A stretch of DNA of 64,000 bases. Source: Thermodesulfobacteriota bacterium. Lineage in GTDB: Bacteria; Desulfobacterota; Desulfobacteria; Desulfobacterales; UBA11574. Shown here piece after piece: positions 9,618 to 18,794 of the stretch. Every line of letters begins with the position of its first letter. The stretch's first letter is position 1. The stretch covers positions 1,148 through 65,147 of the forward strand of contig JBHPCZ010000004.1 in assembly GCA_042573625.1 (NCBI GenBank), read 5' to 3'. The notes beneath the pieces are model-generated. The model worked only from the letters and a program-made list of their open reading frames with translations. It searched no databases and was not told the DNA's origin. A program made the translations under genes and the position numbers.

Positions 9618-10628
9618 GTGATCTCTAAAAAGAATATCAAACGCATCTTTGCTTTTGTCCTCGCTCTTTTTTTGCTGAACGGCGTTTCGGTTCGAGCAGA
9701 GAGCGGGAGATTCCCTTCCTTGATAGAATCTTTTCCCAAAGGAAAAATAGATTGGGGCGGAGGATTTTTTTACGGGGTGGGGATCGGCTATCCCCATATG
9801 AACGATGGTTCCAAGGCAAAGGCGTTGAAGGTGGCGCAGGCAAATGCCTTGAGCTCTATTCTTCAAGTCGCCTCGAAACTCAGAATAGACGACAAAACTA
9901 AACTATCGGATCTGGAAGAAAAAAAAGTTATTATTCAGATTAAAGGCCTGATCTATTATGAGCCCTACGAGAGAAAGTTCTTTAAATCAGGGACCCATCC
10001 TTTTTACCAAGTCACATATCGCGCGCCCATGAAAGGCGTAAAGGGGTTAACACGGAAACTCCTGCCGCATTTAAGGTCACGCCCGGTATCATCATCAGAA
10101 GATGTTCCAGGAGAGAAAATCATTGATGGCCCGGAGGAATCTTCTCCCTGGCTCGTATTGGATGCCCGCGAGCTGAAGCATCGGGACGTGATTCAGCCGG
10201 CTCTCTTCCCCAAGATCGTAACGGAGGACGGCGAATCTGTTTATGACCTGAACACTCCGGAAGAAGGGGCTTTGGTTAAAAATGGCATGATCAGATACGT
10301 GGTCTCAGACAAAAACCAAGACGAATTGGGGTTGTTTCATGGGAATGGGATCCTCAACGGTTTACGGGCCCTCTTTTCTCCTCGGACAGCTCTGGCAGAA
10401 GAGCGGCGTAAGCGGAAAAGACGAGGAAAGTATATTATTAAAAATGTTCGACAGGCGCAGGGGCTGATGAAAACCAATCTCGTCATCAGCGAAGGTGATG
10501 CTAAAGATATCAGAGAAGCGGACGCCTCAAGCCAAATCTTGAAAAAATGCCGGGTCATGGTCATCGTATCCAGTCCCATTGGCGGTATTGAAGGGCATCT
10601 CTTAGAACATCTTGCGCTTTTTCGTTAG
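9618..10628 (+). CDS. secreted LPP20-like domain protein
   Basis: Signal peptide, GKIDW...GVG, LVLDAR...PALFPKIVTEDG; paralog of each half of 38065-39651. Confidence 0.7.
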   Translation: MISKKNIKRIFAFVLALFLLNGVSVRAESGRFPSLIESFPKGKIDWGGGFFYGVGIGYPHMNDGSKAKALKVAQANALSSILQVASKLRIDDKTKLSDLEEKKVIIQIKGLIYYEPYERKFFKSGTHPFYQVTYRAPMKGVKGLTRKLLPHLRSRPVSSSEDVPGEKIIDGPEESSPWLVLDARELKHRDVIQPALFPKIVTEDGESVYDLNTPEEGALVKNGMIRYVVSDKNQDELGLFHGNGILNGLRALFSPRTALAEERRKRKRRGKYIIKNVRQAQGLMKTNLVISEGDAKDIREADASSQILKKCRVMVIVSSPIGGIEGHLLEHLALFR

Positions 10629-10632
10629 CTCA

Positions 10633-12744
10633 ATGAATCCACAAAAAAAACTTTTTCTGAATCATCTCATTCTTTCACTTTTGTTCTCCATCATTTTTAT
10701 CGTCGTTGTGCTTGTCTCCTATCAACAGCACCTTTTGGAGAAAGCAGATTTTATTCTCTATGATCTTCATTTTAAATGGCGCGGACCTCAACCCACATCA
10801 GGCAAAATCGTATTGATCCTCATGGACCAGAGAAGCGCATCGGAATTGGAAAGGAAAAAAGGTGCATGGTCCAGATCGCAGATGGCTGAAGCTCTTGTAA
10901 ATCTTTGTAAAGCGGATACGGAGATCATCGGGCTTGACCTTGTCTTTTTCGCCCCCTCACAAAATCAGAAAGAAGATGCAGCCTTGGCGAAAGCCATTGA
11001 ATCGTGCGGCAATGTTGTTCTATCCAAATTTGTCGCTGTGGAAGGCAGAAGGGAAGTGACATCCCTTTCCATGTTTCAGGAGGGGATGATCGGCGATGGT
11101 TTTATTAATATGTTTCCCGACAGAGACGGAATTTTAAGGAAGGCGCCTTTTTTTGATATAAAACCGGTGGCGGAAGGCGTGGCAATTTCCCCCAGTTTTT
11201 CCTTGGAAGTGGCAAGGGCTTTCCTCAATCTCGATTTTGCCTTGGATTTTACCTATAAAGCCTATTTTTTACTCGGCGCAGAAGGAGAGAAACAGCTTAG
11301 ACTTCCATATCCTGACCTGCGGATTCATTTTCGAGGTAGAGAGGATGTTTTTAAAACGTTATCTTATGTGGATGTCGTGTCGGGTCGTTTTCCTCCCGAA
11401 GATGTAAAAGGAAAAATCGTACTGATTGGAAGCAGCCTTACTACGGACAAGGATTTTTTTTCTACACCTTATTCTGGATATAAAAGCAGCCGGAGGTCAT
11501 ATGAAGATAAATTCGGCAAAGTGATGGAGGGTGACTCCGGTATTAAAACCGTGGGTGTCGCCTGCCACGCCCATGCCGTTGAAACTATTCTAAGTGATAG
11601 ATTTATAAGCAAATGCCCGATGTATTATGTGTTATTCATGATCGTCATTTGCGGATTTCTGGGTGTGATTTTTTATTTTGAGAAGCCGGGCCCTTTTCCG
11701 GGGTTCTTTTTATTGGTGATTTGTGTCGGCGCGATGATAGCCGGTTCCCATGCTGTTTTTGTTCAAAACCTTCTGTGGGTTGAGATTGCGCCCGGCATCA
11801 GTATTCTATCAGTTCAATATGTCAGTGGTATCGCATGGCAGAGAGCTTTTAGTAAAAAGAAGACAAAACTCGTTGCAAGTCTTTTTGGCAAATACGTTTC
11901 TCAGGGGGTAGTCAATGATATTTTAAGAGGTGACATTGGCATCAACCTGGAGGGCCGTTCACAGGAAGTGACCGTGCTTTTTTCAGACCTTCGGAAATTT
12001 ACTTCACTCGCTGAAAACCTGACCCCCCGGGAGACAGGCCATCTGCTTAATGCCTATTTTGACACTATGATTCCCATTGTTTTTGAATATCAGGGAACCC
12101 TTGACAAGCTCATGGGGGATGCCATCATGGCATTTTACGGGGCGCCGCGGGAACTCAGCGATCACCCACAGAGAGCTGCTGAAACGGCCTTGAAGATGGT
12201 TGAAGAGCTGGATAGGTTAAAGTCTGAAAGCGGAGTAAAGGGGATTGAAAAACTGAGCCTGGGGATTGGATTGAATACAGGGCAGGTCACCGTCGGGAAT
12301 CTTGGAAGTCATAAATTCATGGATTATACCGTCATCGGTGATACGGTGAACCTGGGATCCCGGCTGGAGGGTCTGAACAAAAATTATGGCACCTCAATCA
12401 TCATCAGCCAGTCCACTGCAGAGCGGCTGGACAGCCGGTTTGTTTTACGCGAATTGGACCGGGTAAGGGTAAAGGGAAAAGCGTATGCCGTTACCATCTT
12501 TGAACTGTTCGGCGTCAGGGAAGAACTTGATGCGGGTCGCTTCAAGTTTCTGGAGATTTTTCATTCCGGCCGGCGCCGGTACATAAAAAGGGACTGGAAA
12601 GCGGCGGAAGAGACTTTTAATCAGGCGCTGGAACTCTTTCCCGAGGATGGGCCTACCCGGATCTATTTAGAAAGAATTGAAGATCTTTTGGAGAATCCTC
12701 CCGGTTCTGATTGGGATCCTACCGTAGATTTTTTCCTTAAATAA
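10633..12744 (+). CDS. CHASE2-domain class III adenylate cyclase with C-terminal TPR
   Basis: CHASE2 motifs (IGLDLVF, DRDGILR, GKIVLIG), 3 TM, LFSDLRKFT, DKLMGDA, GDTVNLGSRLEG. Confidence 0.93.
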   Translation: MNPQKKLFLNHLILSLLFSIIFIVVVLVSYQQHLLEKADFILYDLHFKWRGPQPTSGKIVLILMDQRSASELERKKGAWSRSQMAEALVNLCKADTEIIGLDLVFFAPSQNQKEDAALAKAIESCGNVVLSKFVAVEGRREVTSLSMFQEGMIGDGFINMFPDRDGILRKAPFFDIKPVAEGVAISPSFSLEVARAFLNLDFALDFTYKAYFLLGAEGEKQLRLPYPDLRIHFRGREDVFKTLSYVDVVSGRFPPEDVKGKIVLIGSSLTTDKDFFSTPYSGYKSSRRSYEDKFGKVMEGDSGIKTVGVACHAHAVETILSDRFISKCPMYYVLFMIVICGFLGVIFYFEKPGPFPGFFLLVICVGAMIAGSHAVFVQNLLWVEIAPGISILSVQYVSGIAWQRAFSKKKTKLVASLFGKYVSQGVVNDILRGDIGINLEGRSQEVTVLFSDLRKFTSLAENLTPRETGHLLNAYFDTMIPIVFEYQGTLDKLMGDAIMAFYGAPRELSDHPQRAAETALKMVEELDRLKSESGVKGIEKLSLGIGLNTGQVTVGNLGSHKFMDYTVIGDTVNLGSRLEGLNKNYGTSIIISQSTAERLDSRFVLRELDRVRVKGKAYAVTIFELFGVREELDAGRFKFLEIFHSGRRRYIKRDWKAAEETFNQALELFPEDGPTRIYLERIEDLLENPPGSDWDPTVDFFLK

Positions 12745-13033
12745 TTGAGCAGTCGGGGAGTTTTCGCTGTTAAGTCGCTTTATGGATAATCATCTTTCAA
12801 ACCGTGTGAACTCGTGGTTAAAGGCTCGTAAAAAACAACAGAGGCTTTCATAGTAAAAACAGTTGGTTCGCTTAACGAATGGAGACCTCTTGCGATGTAA
12901 AATGTGCGCAATGTGTCTGTTCTTTCTAACGATCCTTAAACCACTCAAACAGCACACGCTTTAAAACCTGATCATCCATTTCGCTAATTTATAAAGCTTT
13001 ATGATAAAAACTTCCCAACCCCTCAAATAATTA
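12742..13033. repeat. ~290-bp nested-palindrome element, family A copy 1
   Basis: Ends gtcggggagtttt / aaaaacttcccaacccctca; internal AACTCG...CTCAAACAG; aligns with 17421-17711 and 18488-18778. Confidence 0.85.
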
Positions 13034-13116
13034 CCGTTATCTTGACCATCCAAATAGAGCCGCACGCAAGCGAAGGGTATCTATTCGATGTCGGATAATT
13101 AATGAACTCCTTGGTT

Positions 13117-13454
13117 GTGTCCTAAACCCTCCGCCTGGCGGAGGACCCGGAAAGGTTCTACCGACCCGGGGTGCTCTGATAAGTGAGGCCCAACTCAACC
13201 CGTGTGTTGAATATCGAATATCCAATATTCAATGTCGAATATAGAAGGAAACGGCCGGTTTGCCTTCGGGTTGGATTTTTTGTGGAATTTGGTGCTGCCA
13301 TATACCAAAAGTTAGAGAAGAGAACACTTCATCATTGGACATTCCTTGCTGGATATTCGGTATCTGTAAATTATCGACTGTTCCAAGGGATAGCGACAAA
13401 GCCCTCATCGTGGGGGCTTCCTGATGCCTCCCGCTATGCGGGAGGAGACTCACT
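13117..13454 (+). repeat. ~340-bp hairpin-ended element with inverted heptamer arrays, family C copy 1
   Basis: cctccgcctggcggagg left hairpin, gaatatc-type heptamers, cctcccgctatgcgggagg-agactcact right end; copies at 28.4, 44.6 and 60.4 kb. Confidence 0.85.
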
Positions 13455-13457
13455 AAT

Positions 13458-14768
13458 GTGTCGGGCTTTATAAAATTGAACAGGCATAACCCTTATACCG
13501 TCTTTTTTGGAATATCATCCTTTCAAATCCTCGCCATGTTTCGGCGCGGGTTATTCTACAGTTACCTCTCCATCTACCTGCGGCATTTTCTCGGGTTAAG
13601 CGTCACGGAAACAACCCTTTTTGCCACCTTGCCCATGGTGATGAACATTATTTTTCAGACCTTTGTATGGGGAGTGATCTCGGATAAACATCAGTTAAGG
13701 CGGACACTGATCATATGCGGTGAAGCACTGGCGGGATTCGGAACGGTTCTCGTATGGTATGCCCACACCCTGACGGGAAATCTTATGCTGGCCGGATATG
13801 TCATCATCATCGGTCTTTCTGCGGTCGAAATTTTCTGGTCCATGTCGAATGTCGGTTGGAGTGCGCTGATATCGGACATCTATCGTAAGGAGGATCGAAA
13901 CACGGTTCAAGGCAGGCTGTCCAGTGTCGGCGGCATTGGTCGAATTGCCGGTGTCTGGATCGGTGGTTTGCTCTATGATGGATTGGGTCTTCAGTACGAA
14001 GGATGGGGCTTTTACGAAGGCGCACTCTTTTATATTGCAGCCGGCGTGATGTTTATATCCATCGTTCCCATGCTTTTTGTTCCCGAAGGGGGAATCTACC
14101 ATGAGATAGAAAATGCATCTGTTCAGGAACCCATCCGTTCAGCATCTACTCCAAGGGTTCTTTTGATCTTTTTGATCGCAATGGTGTTTATCAATTTTGG
14201 CCGAAATTCCATCGCGCTCCTTCAGGTACAATACCTGGTTCTCGATTCCGGTTTCTCGGTGTCGAGCAAGGTGTTAAGCTATATTGTCAATACACAATCG
14301 ATGGCAATGATTTTAACGGGCCTTGTCGCCGGGTGGGTCGGTCGACGAATCGGCAATGGGAATTTCCTGTTGCTCGGTACGGCCATGGCAATTGGGTCAC
14401 TGGTTCTGCTTGCAACCACATCGGATTTAGCGATTATTTATCTCAGCAATATGTTCAGGGGAGGTTCTGAAGTCATCATTTACGCGTCTTCATATACCAT
14501 CGCTTCCGTTTTGATTCCTTCGGAAAGACGCGCGAAGCTTTTCGGTGTATTCAATGCCACCTATTTTCTCAGTTGGGGGATTCCGGGAACCTTCATTGCA
14601 GGGCCGATCACGGACATCCTCATCGCCTATGGCGCTTTGGAAGTATTTGCCTATCAAATGGCGTTCATGTCCGCATCGGTCATCACCTTAATCGGTTTTA
14701 TCATTCTGGGATTTCTGGTATACGCTTTAATTCCAAAATCATCAAAAGAGATCAGGATATATATTTAG
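13458..14768 (+). CDS. MFS transporter
   Basis: About 12 TM segments, GVISDKHQLRR and GWVGRRIGN loop motifs. Confidence 0.88.
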   Translation: MSGFIKLNRHNPYTVFFGISSFQILAMFRRGLFYSYLSIYLRHFLGLSVTETTLFATLPMVMNIIFQTFVWGVISDKHQLRRTLIICGEALAGFGTVLVWYAHTLTGNLMLAGYVIIIGLSAVEIFWSMSNVGWSALISDIYRKEDRNTVQGRLSSVGGIGRIAGVWIGGLLYDGLGLQYEGWGFYEGALFYIAAGVMFISIVPMLFVPEGGIYHEIENASVQEPIRSASTPRVLLIFLIAMVFINFGRNSIALLQVQYLVLDSGFSVSSKVLSYIVNTQSMAMILTGLVAGWVGRRIGNGNFLLLGTAMAIGSLVLLATTSDLAIIYLSNMFRGGSEVIIYASSYTIASVLIPSERRAKLFGVFNATYFLSWGIPGTFIAGPITDILIAYGALEVFAYQMAFMSASVITLIGFIILGFLVYALIPKSSKEIRIYI

Positions 14769-14987
14769 ATGTCGGTGGGCGAAGATGATCTGCCAACAGT
14801 CTAAATCGGGATTCATTTGACCTTACACCGGCAAAATATGATATCTGTATATTGATTGTTGCTATGAATGGTGTGGATATTTGTAAGATATCTGTAATCA
14901 GTATAAATAGACTTCAGGTTTTTGTTTTGGCAAGAAATCTGTAATCGAATCTCCCTATCTCTCTTCCCAATAGATAGGGTTTTAATT

Positions 14988-15233
14988 ATGACAAAAAAAC
15001 TCTAAAGACGTTCACTTCGGATACCAACAAATCTTGCCGAGAGAGTGAAAGCTTTCGCTTCAGAGAATAATTACACTGTTGAAGGTGTTGTAATTAAAGC
15101 TCTGGATATTTTACTTAGAGAACAAAAAATAGAAGATTTTCTGTTTATGATCCGCAAAAAAATATTGCTCAATGAAAAGGAAAATTGTCAAATAGCTGGG
15201 TTTTTCAATAAACGTTCAAAATTGGAAAAATAA
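14988..15233 (+). pseudogene. ribbon-helix-helix-like DNA-binding protein with an in-frame stop
   Basis: ATG 14988 reads MTKKL*RRSLRIPTNLAERVKAFASENNYTVEGVVIKALDILLRE; TAA at 15003-15005. Confidence 0.5.
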
Positions 15234-16366
15234 TGACCTCAACAAACAAAGCGAACCAACAGATAGCCACTGAACAGCGGATGATCCAAAAAAAGAATTT
15301 CGTAAGAGTAATGAACGACTGGCTGCTTAAAACTTATCTGAGTGCAGACGCAGTCATTAAAGACCTGATATCACCGGCCGATTTACCGCTAAGACACACC
15401 ATAAGGGCTTGGAGGCATGGCTTTTTGCGGTTCAACTACCGCATTTACGGCTTAGTTCAATCGGGCAACCCAGCTGACTACCTTTCGGATAATGACACCC
15501 TAAGGCTATCTGGGATCAACGGAAAGTTTGGGGAAGTGGTAAATAACAAATTGGCATTTCCGTTATTGATGAAACACCACGGGATACCGACTCCTGAAGT
15601 CAGAGGTGTGATTCGTAAGGGCCTTTTTTATCCGCTACACCCGGGCAGGACAATGGCGCCATCAAAATTTATAGAGGAGTCGTGCAAACCTGAAGAACAG
15701 CTCGTTTTAAAACCAATATGGGGGGCCCATGGCATCGGGGTCATCATGGTAAAAAGGAGTGTGAATGGCTTTAAGCTTAACGGAAAGGATACCCCACTGC
15801 ACACTTTTAATGATATCCTCAACAAACTCGAGAATTACGTGGTCACTGATTTCGTGTCTCAGGGAGAATACGGCGCTCGATTATACTCGGATACCACCAA
15901 TACCATACGTATGGTAACCTTCTGGGATGCAGAGACAAAGAAACCGTTCATCGCCAAGGTTGTACAGCGTATCGGAACATCTCGATCGTATCCCGTCGAC
16001 AACTTCAGGGCCGGACGTGGAGGGCTAAGTGCATCCATTGATCCCGACACCGGCGAACTGGGTTCTGGGGCGATGGTGGACACCAAAGGCCATGTGACCT
16101 GGCACTCCCACCATCCGGAGAGCCATGCTCAGATACAAGGTACTATCGTTCCGTCTTGGGATAAAATTCGAACCAGTATCTTGGAGTATTCTGACAGATT
16201 TGCTTTTGCACCTTGCATTGGATGGGATATCGTTCCAACCCACTCGGGCTTCTCTATTATTGAGGGAAATTCTACACCAGGTATGCCAGTTTTACAAGTT
16301 CACGGTCCTATACTCACTGATCCACGAATCAGGCGCTTCTATAAGTATCATCATGTCATTACTTGA
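15233..16366 (+). CDS. ATP-grasp protein (sugar-transfer-associated / alpha-L-glutamate ligase-like)
   Basis: LVLKPIWGAHGIG, TTNTIRMVT, VDNFRAG, IGWDIV, IIEGN. Confidence 0.88.
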   Translation: MTSTNKANQQIATEQRMIQKKNFVRVMNDWLLKTYLSADAVIKDLISPADLPLRHTIRAWRHGFLRFNYRIYGLVQSGNPADYLSDNDTLRLSGINGKFGEVVNNKLAFPLLMKHHGIPTPEVRGVIRKGLFYPLHPGRTMAPSKFIEESCKPEEQLVLKPIWGAHGIGVIMVKRSVNGFKLNGKDTPLHTFNDILNKLENYVVTDFVSQGEYGARLYSDTTNTIRMVTFWDAETKKPFIAKVVQRIGTSRSYPVDNFRAGRGGLSASIDPDTGELGSGAMVDTKGHVTWHSHHPESHAQIQGTIVPSWDKIRTSILEYSDRFAFAPCIGWDIVPTHSGFSIIEGNSTPGMPVLQVHGPILTDPRIRRFYKYHHVIT

Positions 16367-16740
16367 CACGTTATTCGTAGTGTGAATAAGGCCGCCTTTG
16401 AAATACTCGGATTTCAAAAGTGACGTGTTGAGTTGAACCTGCAGTTAGAATCTTTTAACCACTAATTGAAGACTGAGGGGCCACAGCTTCATAAATCGTC
16501 CGTAACTTGCCTGGCTTATTAAGTAGAAGACAGCTTCCTTTTATCGTGTGTTTAGACCATGCAAAGATGGTTTCGATTTTGGTTTCAAATCATCTATTCT
16601 CAACTTGTGCTTACTGCAATATATCAAAAGTTTGATACAACTTGCCTGAGGTTGTGATATCAAATTCTGAAGGTTGAACTGTCAAGTAATGTATTGACCC
16701 ACCTATCGATTCTGCCAAGTCAAATACAGGTCGGGACAAT

Positions 16741-17202
16741 TTAGTCGGATTGTTTCTCTTCGATCTGTTTCGGGGTATGTTCAATCCCCAACCAGGCTTT
16801 TACCTTGTTGGCGATTCTTTTTAGGAGCCATGCTTGTGCTTCGGGACTTGCCCGATCCGCGATCTGATCGGCAAGGGTAACATCACCGGCTTTGTAGCGC
16901 ATATAGGTTTCATTAATATGCATTTCCAGATCGGTGGATAAATATTTTGCATAGGCCAGAGCGATATGCCAGTGTCCGAAAGTGCCGGTGCCTTCGTGAT
17001 TTTCGATTAGAATCCGAGATTTTCCCATTTTCTTCTGGAGCCTCAAGATTAAATTGACAGCCTGCGGATTATTCAACCACTGCGGAGCGGACTTGTTTTT
17101 AGGTCGATCCACGGCTTTCCAAAAATCGGTTAAACAGACAAGATCATCCTTTACGTGGATTTTTTGTCCTTTGTAAGTGAGATCCATTCGATTTATAGCC
17201 AT
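16741..17202 (-). CDS. KilA-N domain DNA-binding protein
   Basis: CLTDFWKA...PQWL...GTFGHWHIALAYAKYLS. Confidence 0.88.
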   Translation of the reverse strand: MAINRMDLTYKGQKIHVKDDLVCLTDFWKAVDRPKNKSAPQWLNNPQAVNLILRLQKKMGKSRILIENHEGTGTFGHWHIALAYAKYLSTDLEMHINETYMRYKAGDVTLADQIADRASPEAQAWLLKRIANKVKAWLGIEHTPKQIEEKQSD

Positions 17203-17420
17203 AATTATTCCTTTTCAGGCAACAAGTTGATGCAGATTATTTTGGTCGTTATCTTGAAATTCATAGCTCGAACGCTTATTTTAGGAGACTCATAACATAT
17301 TTAAAAGATTTTTTTAACTTTTTCAATGCGATTGATATATCAACGGGTCTTTTCGAAAATTTTTACTGGTGTTTGGACGGATTAAATGGGACGGTAAAAG
17401 ATCGTCGACGTTATAGAGGA

Positions 17421-17711
17421 AATTAACTGAGGGGCCGGGGAGTTTTTTCTGTTAAACGCTCCATGGATAATCTTTTGTTAAATCGTGCAAACTCGTGCAT
17501 AAGGGTTCGTAAAGAAAGAACAGAGGCCTTTATATAAAAACAATGAGTTAACATCATGACGGCATGTTTCCCAGCGGAAATATTTAAGCATGCGTCTGTT
17601 CTTTCTAACGATCCCATAATTCACTCAAACAGTGCACGCTTTAAAAAAAGATCATCCATTCCGCTGGTAAGAAGGCTTTACAAGAAAAACACCCCGACGC
17701 CTCAATTAAAT
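17421..17711. repeat. family A element copy 2
   Basis: tgaggggccggggagttttt ... aaaaacaccccgacgcctca; nested inverted repeats. Confidence 0.85.
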
Positions 17712-17729
17712 ACAATTAAGGAGAAACCC

Positions 17730-18230
17730 ATGTCGAATGATCCTGTCGAAAAATACGGTTGGAACAAGGATATGCCCATACTGTTGCTGGAAAAGTTGAA
17801 AGTCGATCTGAAGTCGGCTGTCTTGGATAAAGACGCGGAAGCAAAAACCGCTATCCGACAGATTATGAGTGAGTATCCGAAGTTGACGGTGCCGCTGACA
17901 CTGGAGAGCGGGAAGAAAACAACCCGGTTAAAAAAACCCGAAGAGATTACCAATGATGATATTCTGGGAATTATACAGGGGCTTGTAAAATCAGAAAAAA
18001 TAGTTCTTGAGATCAAAACGGAAGAGACTTCGGGTTATCTTCAGATACTGGAATCATATCAACCCAAAATGGCAACCCGGGAGGAAATCAAAAGCTGGGT
18101 TGAAGAAAACATCGATTTTTCTGATTTTAAAAAACCCATGCAGGCCATGGGGCCGGTAATGAAGCATTTTGGTAAACTTGCTGACGGAAATCTCGTCCGA
18201 GAGGTTCTCAATGAGTTAAGTGGGGGATAG
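17730..18230 (+). CDS. GatB/YqeY domain protein
   Basis: AAGGAG RBS, ATG 17730; C-terminal MQAMGPVMKHFGKLADGNLVREVL. Confidence 0.85.
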   Translation: MSNDPVEKYGWNKDMPILLLEKLKVDLKSAVLDKDAEAKTAIRQIMSEYPKLTVPLTLESGKKTTRLKKPEEITNDDILGIIQGLVKSEKIVLEIKTEETSGYLQILESYQPKMATREEIKSWVEENIDFSDFKKPMQAMGPVMKHFGKLADGNLVREVLNELSGG

Positions 18231-18381
18231 CATGTGCATTGTATGAGGGATGAAGTTTTCGTTAACAAGCCAAATGAAGTTAATAACATATGAACGAATG
18301 CTTGCTATATTTTTCCAGATGAACTAAAGGATGCTTTCTATATTCTCCTCCAATTAACTGAAATTTTCAGGGGAGGAATTC

Positions 18382-18519
18382 ATGAGCCGAGTAAAAAGTG
18401 GGGATACAGTAAAAGTTCACTATACCGGGAAACTCGAAGGTGGTGTGGTATTCGATTCTTCAATAGAACGACAGCCGCTTGAATTTTTAATTAGACGAGG
18501 GGTCGGGGAGTTTTTTTGA
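18382..18519 (+). pseudogene. FKBP-type PPIase (SlyD/FkpB-like) 5' fragment truncated at a family A element
   Basis: GGGGAGG RBS; [37 protein letters not shown], then runs into the repeat and stops. Confidence 0.85.
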
Positions 18520-18778
18520 TTCAATAGCTCCATGAATAATCAGCGACTGCATCGTGCAAACTCATGCATAAGGGCTCGTAAAGAAAAAACAGAGAATAAA
18601 CATTAAAAAAATGGGTTAGGCGCCTATGCGACCGTTCAGATTTCGACTATAATCAGAGCGCCCCGATGTTCTTTCTTAACGAGCCCTAATACATTCAAAC
18701 AGTGCACGATTTCGCTGCTGATCATTCCTTCCGCTATTTATAAGCATTTTAAAGAAAAACTCCACGACTGCTGAATTA
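18488..18778. repeat. family A element copy 3
   Basis: gaggggtcggggagtttttt ... aaaaactccacgactgctga; same nested stems. Confidence 0.85.
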
Positions 18779-18794
18779 GGTAGGAGAAATTTTT

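Noticed and set aside
7370-10628. Curli secretion or flagellar H/T-ring operon
   Set aside because: Only fold-level resemblance; no csgA/B/E/F or flagellar genes in the window.
13055-13085. gagccgcacgc resembling group II intron domain V
   Set aside because: No matching 3' arm or domain VI; the reverse complement looks like a degenerate gataccccgccgcttgcggcgggg hairpin.
13037-13473. ORFs inside repeat elements (also 22186-22482, 28471-28780, 42219-42514, 44560-45077, 60084-60631)
   Set aside because: They are translations of the palindromic repeat families, with no domain signal.
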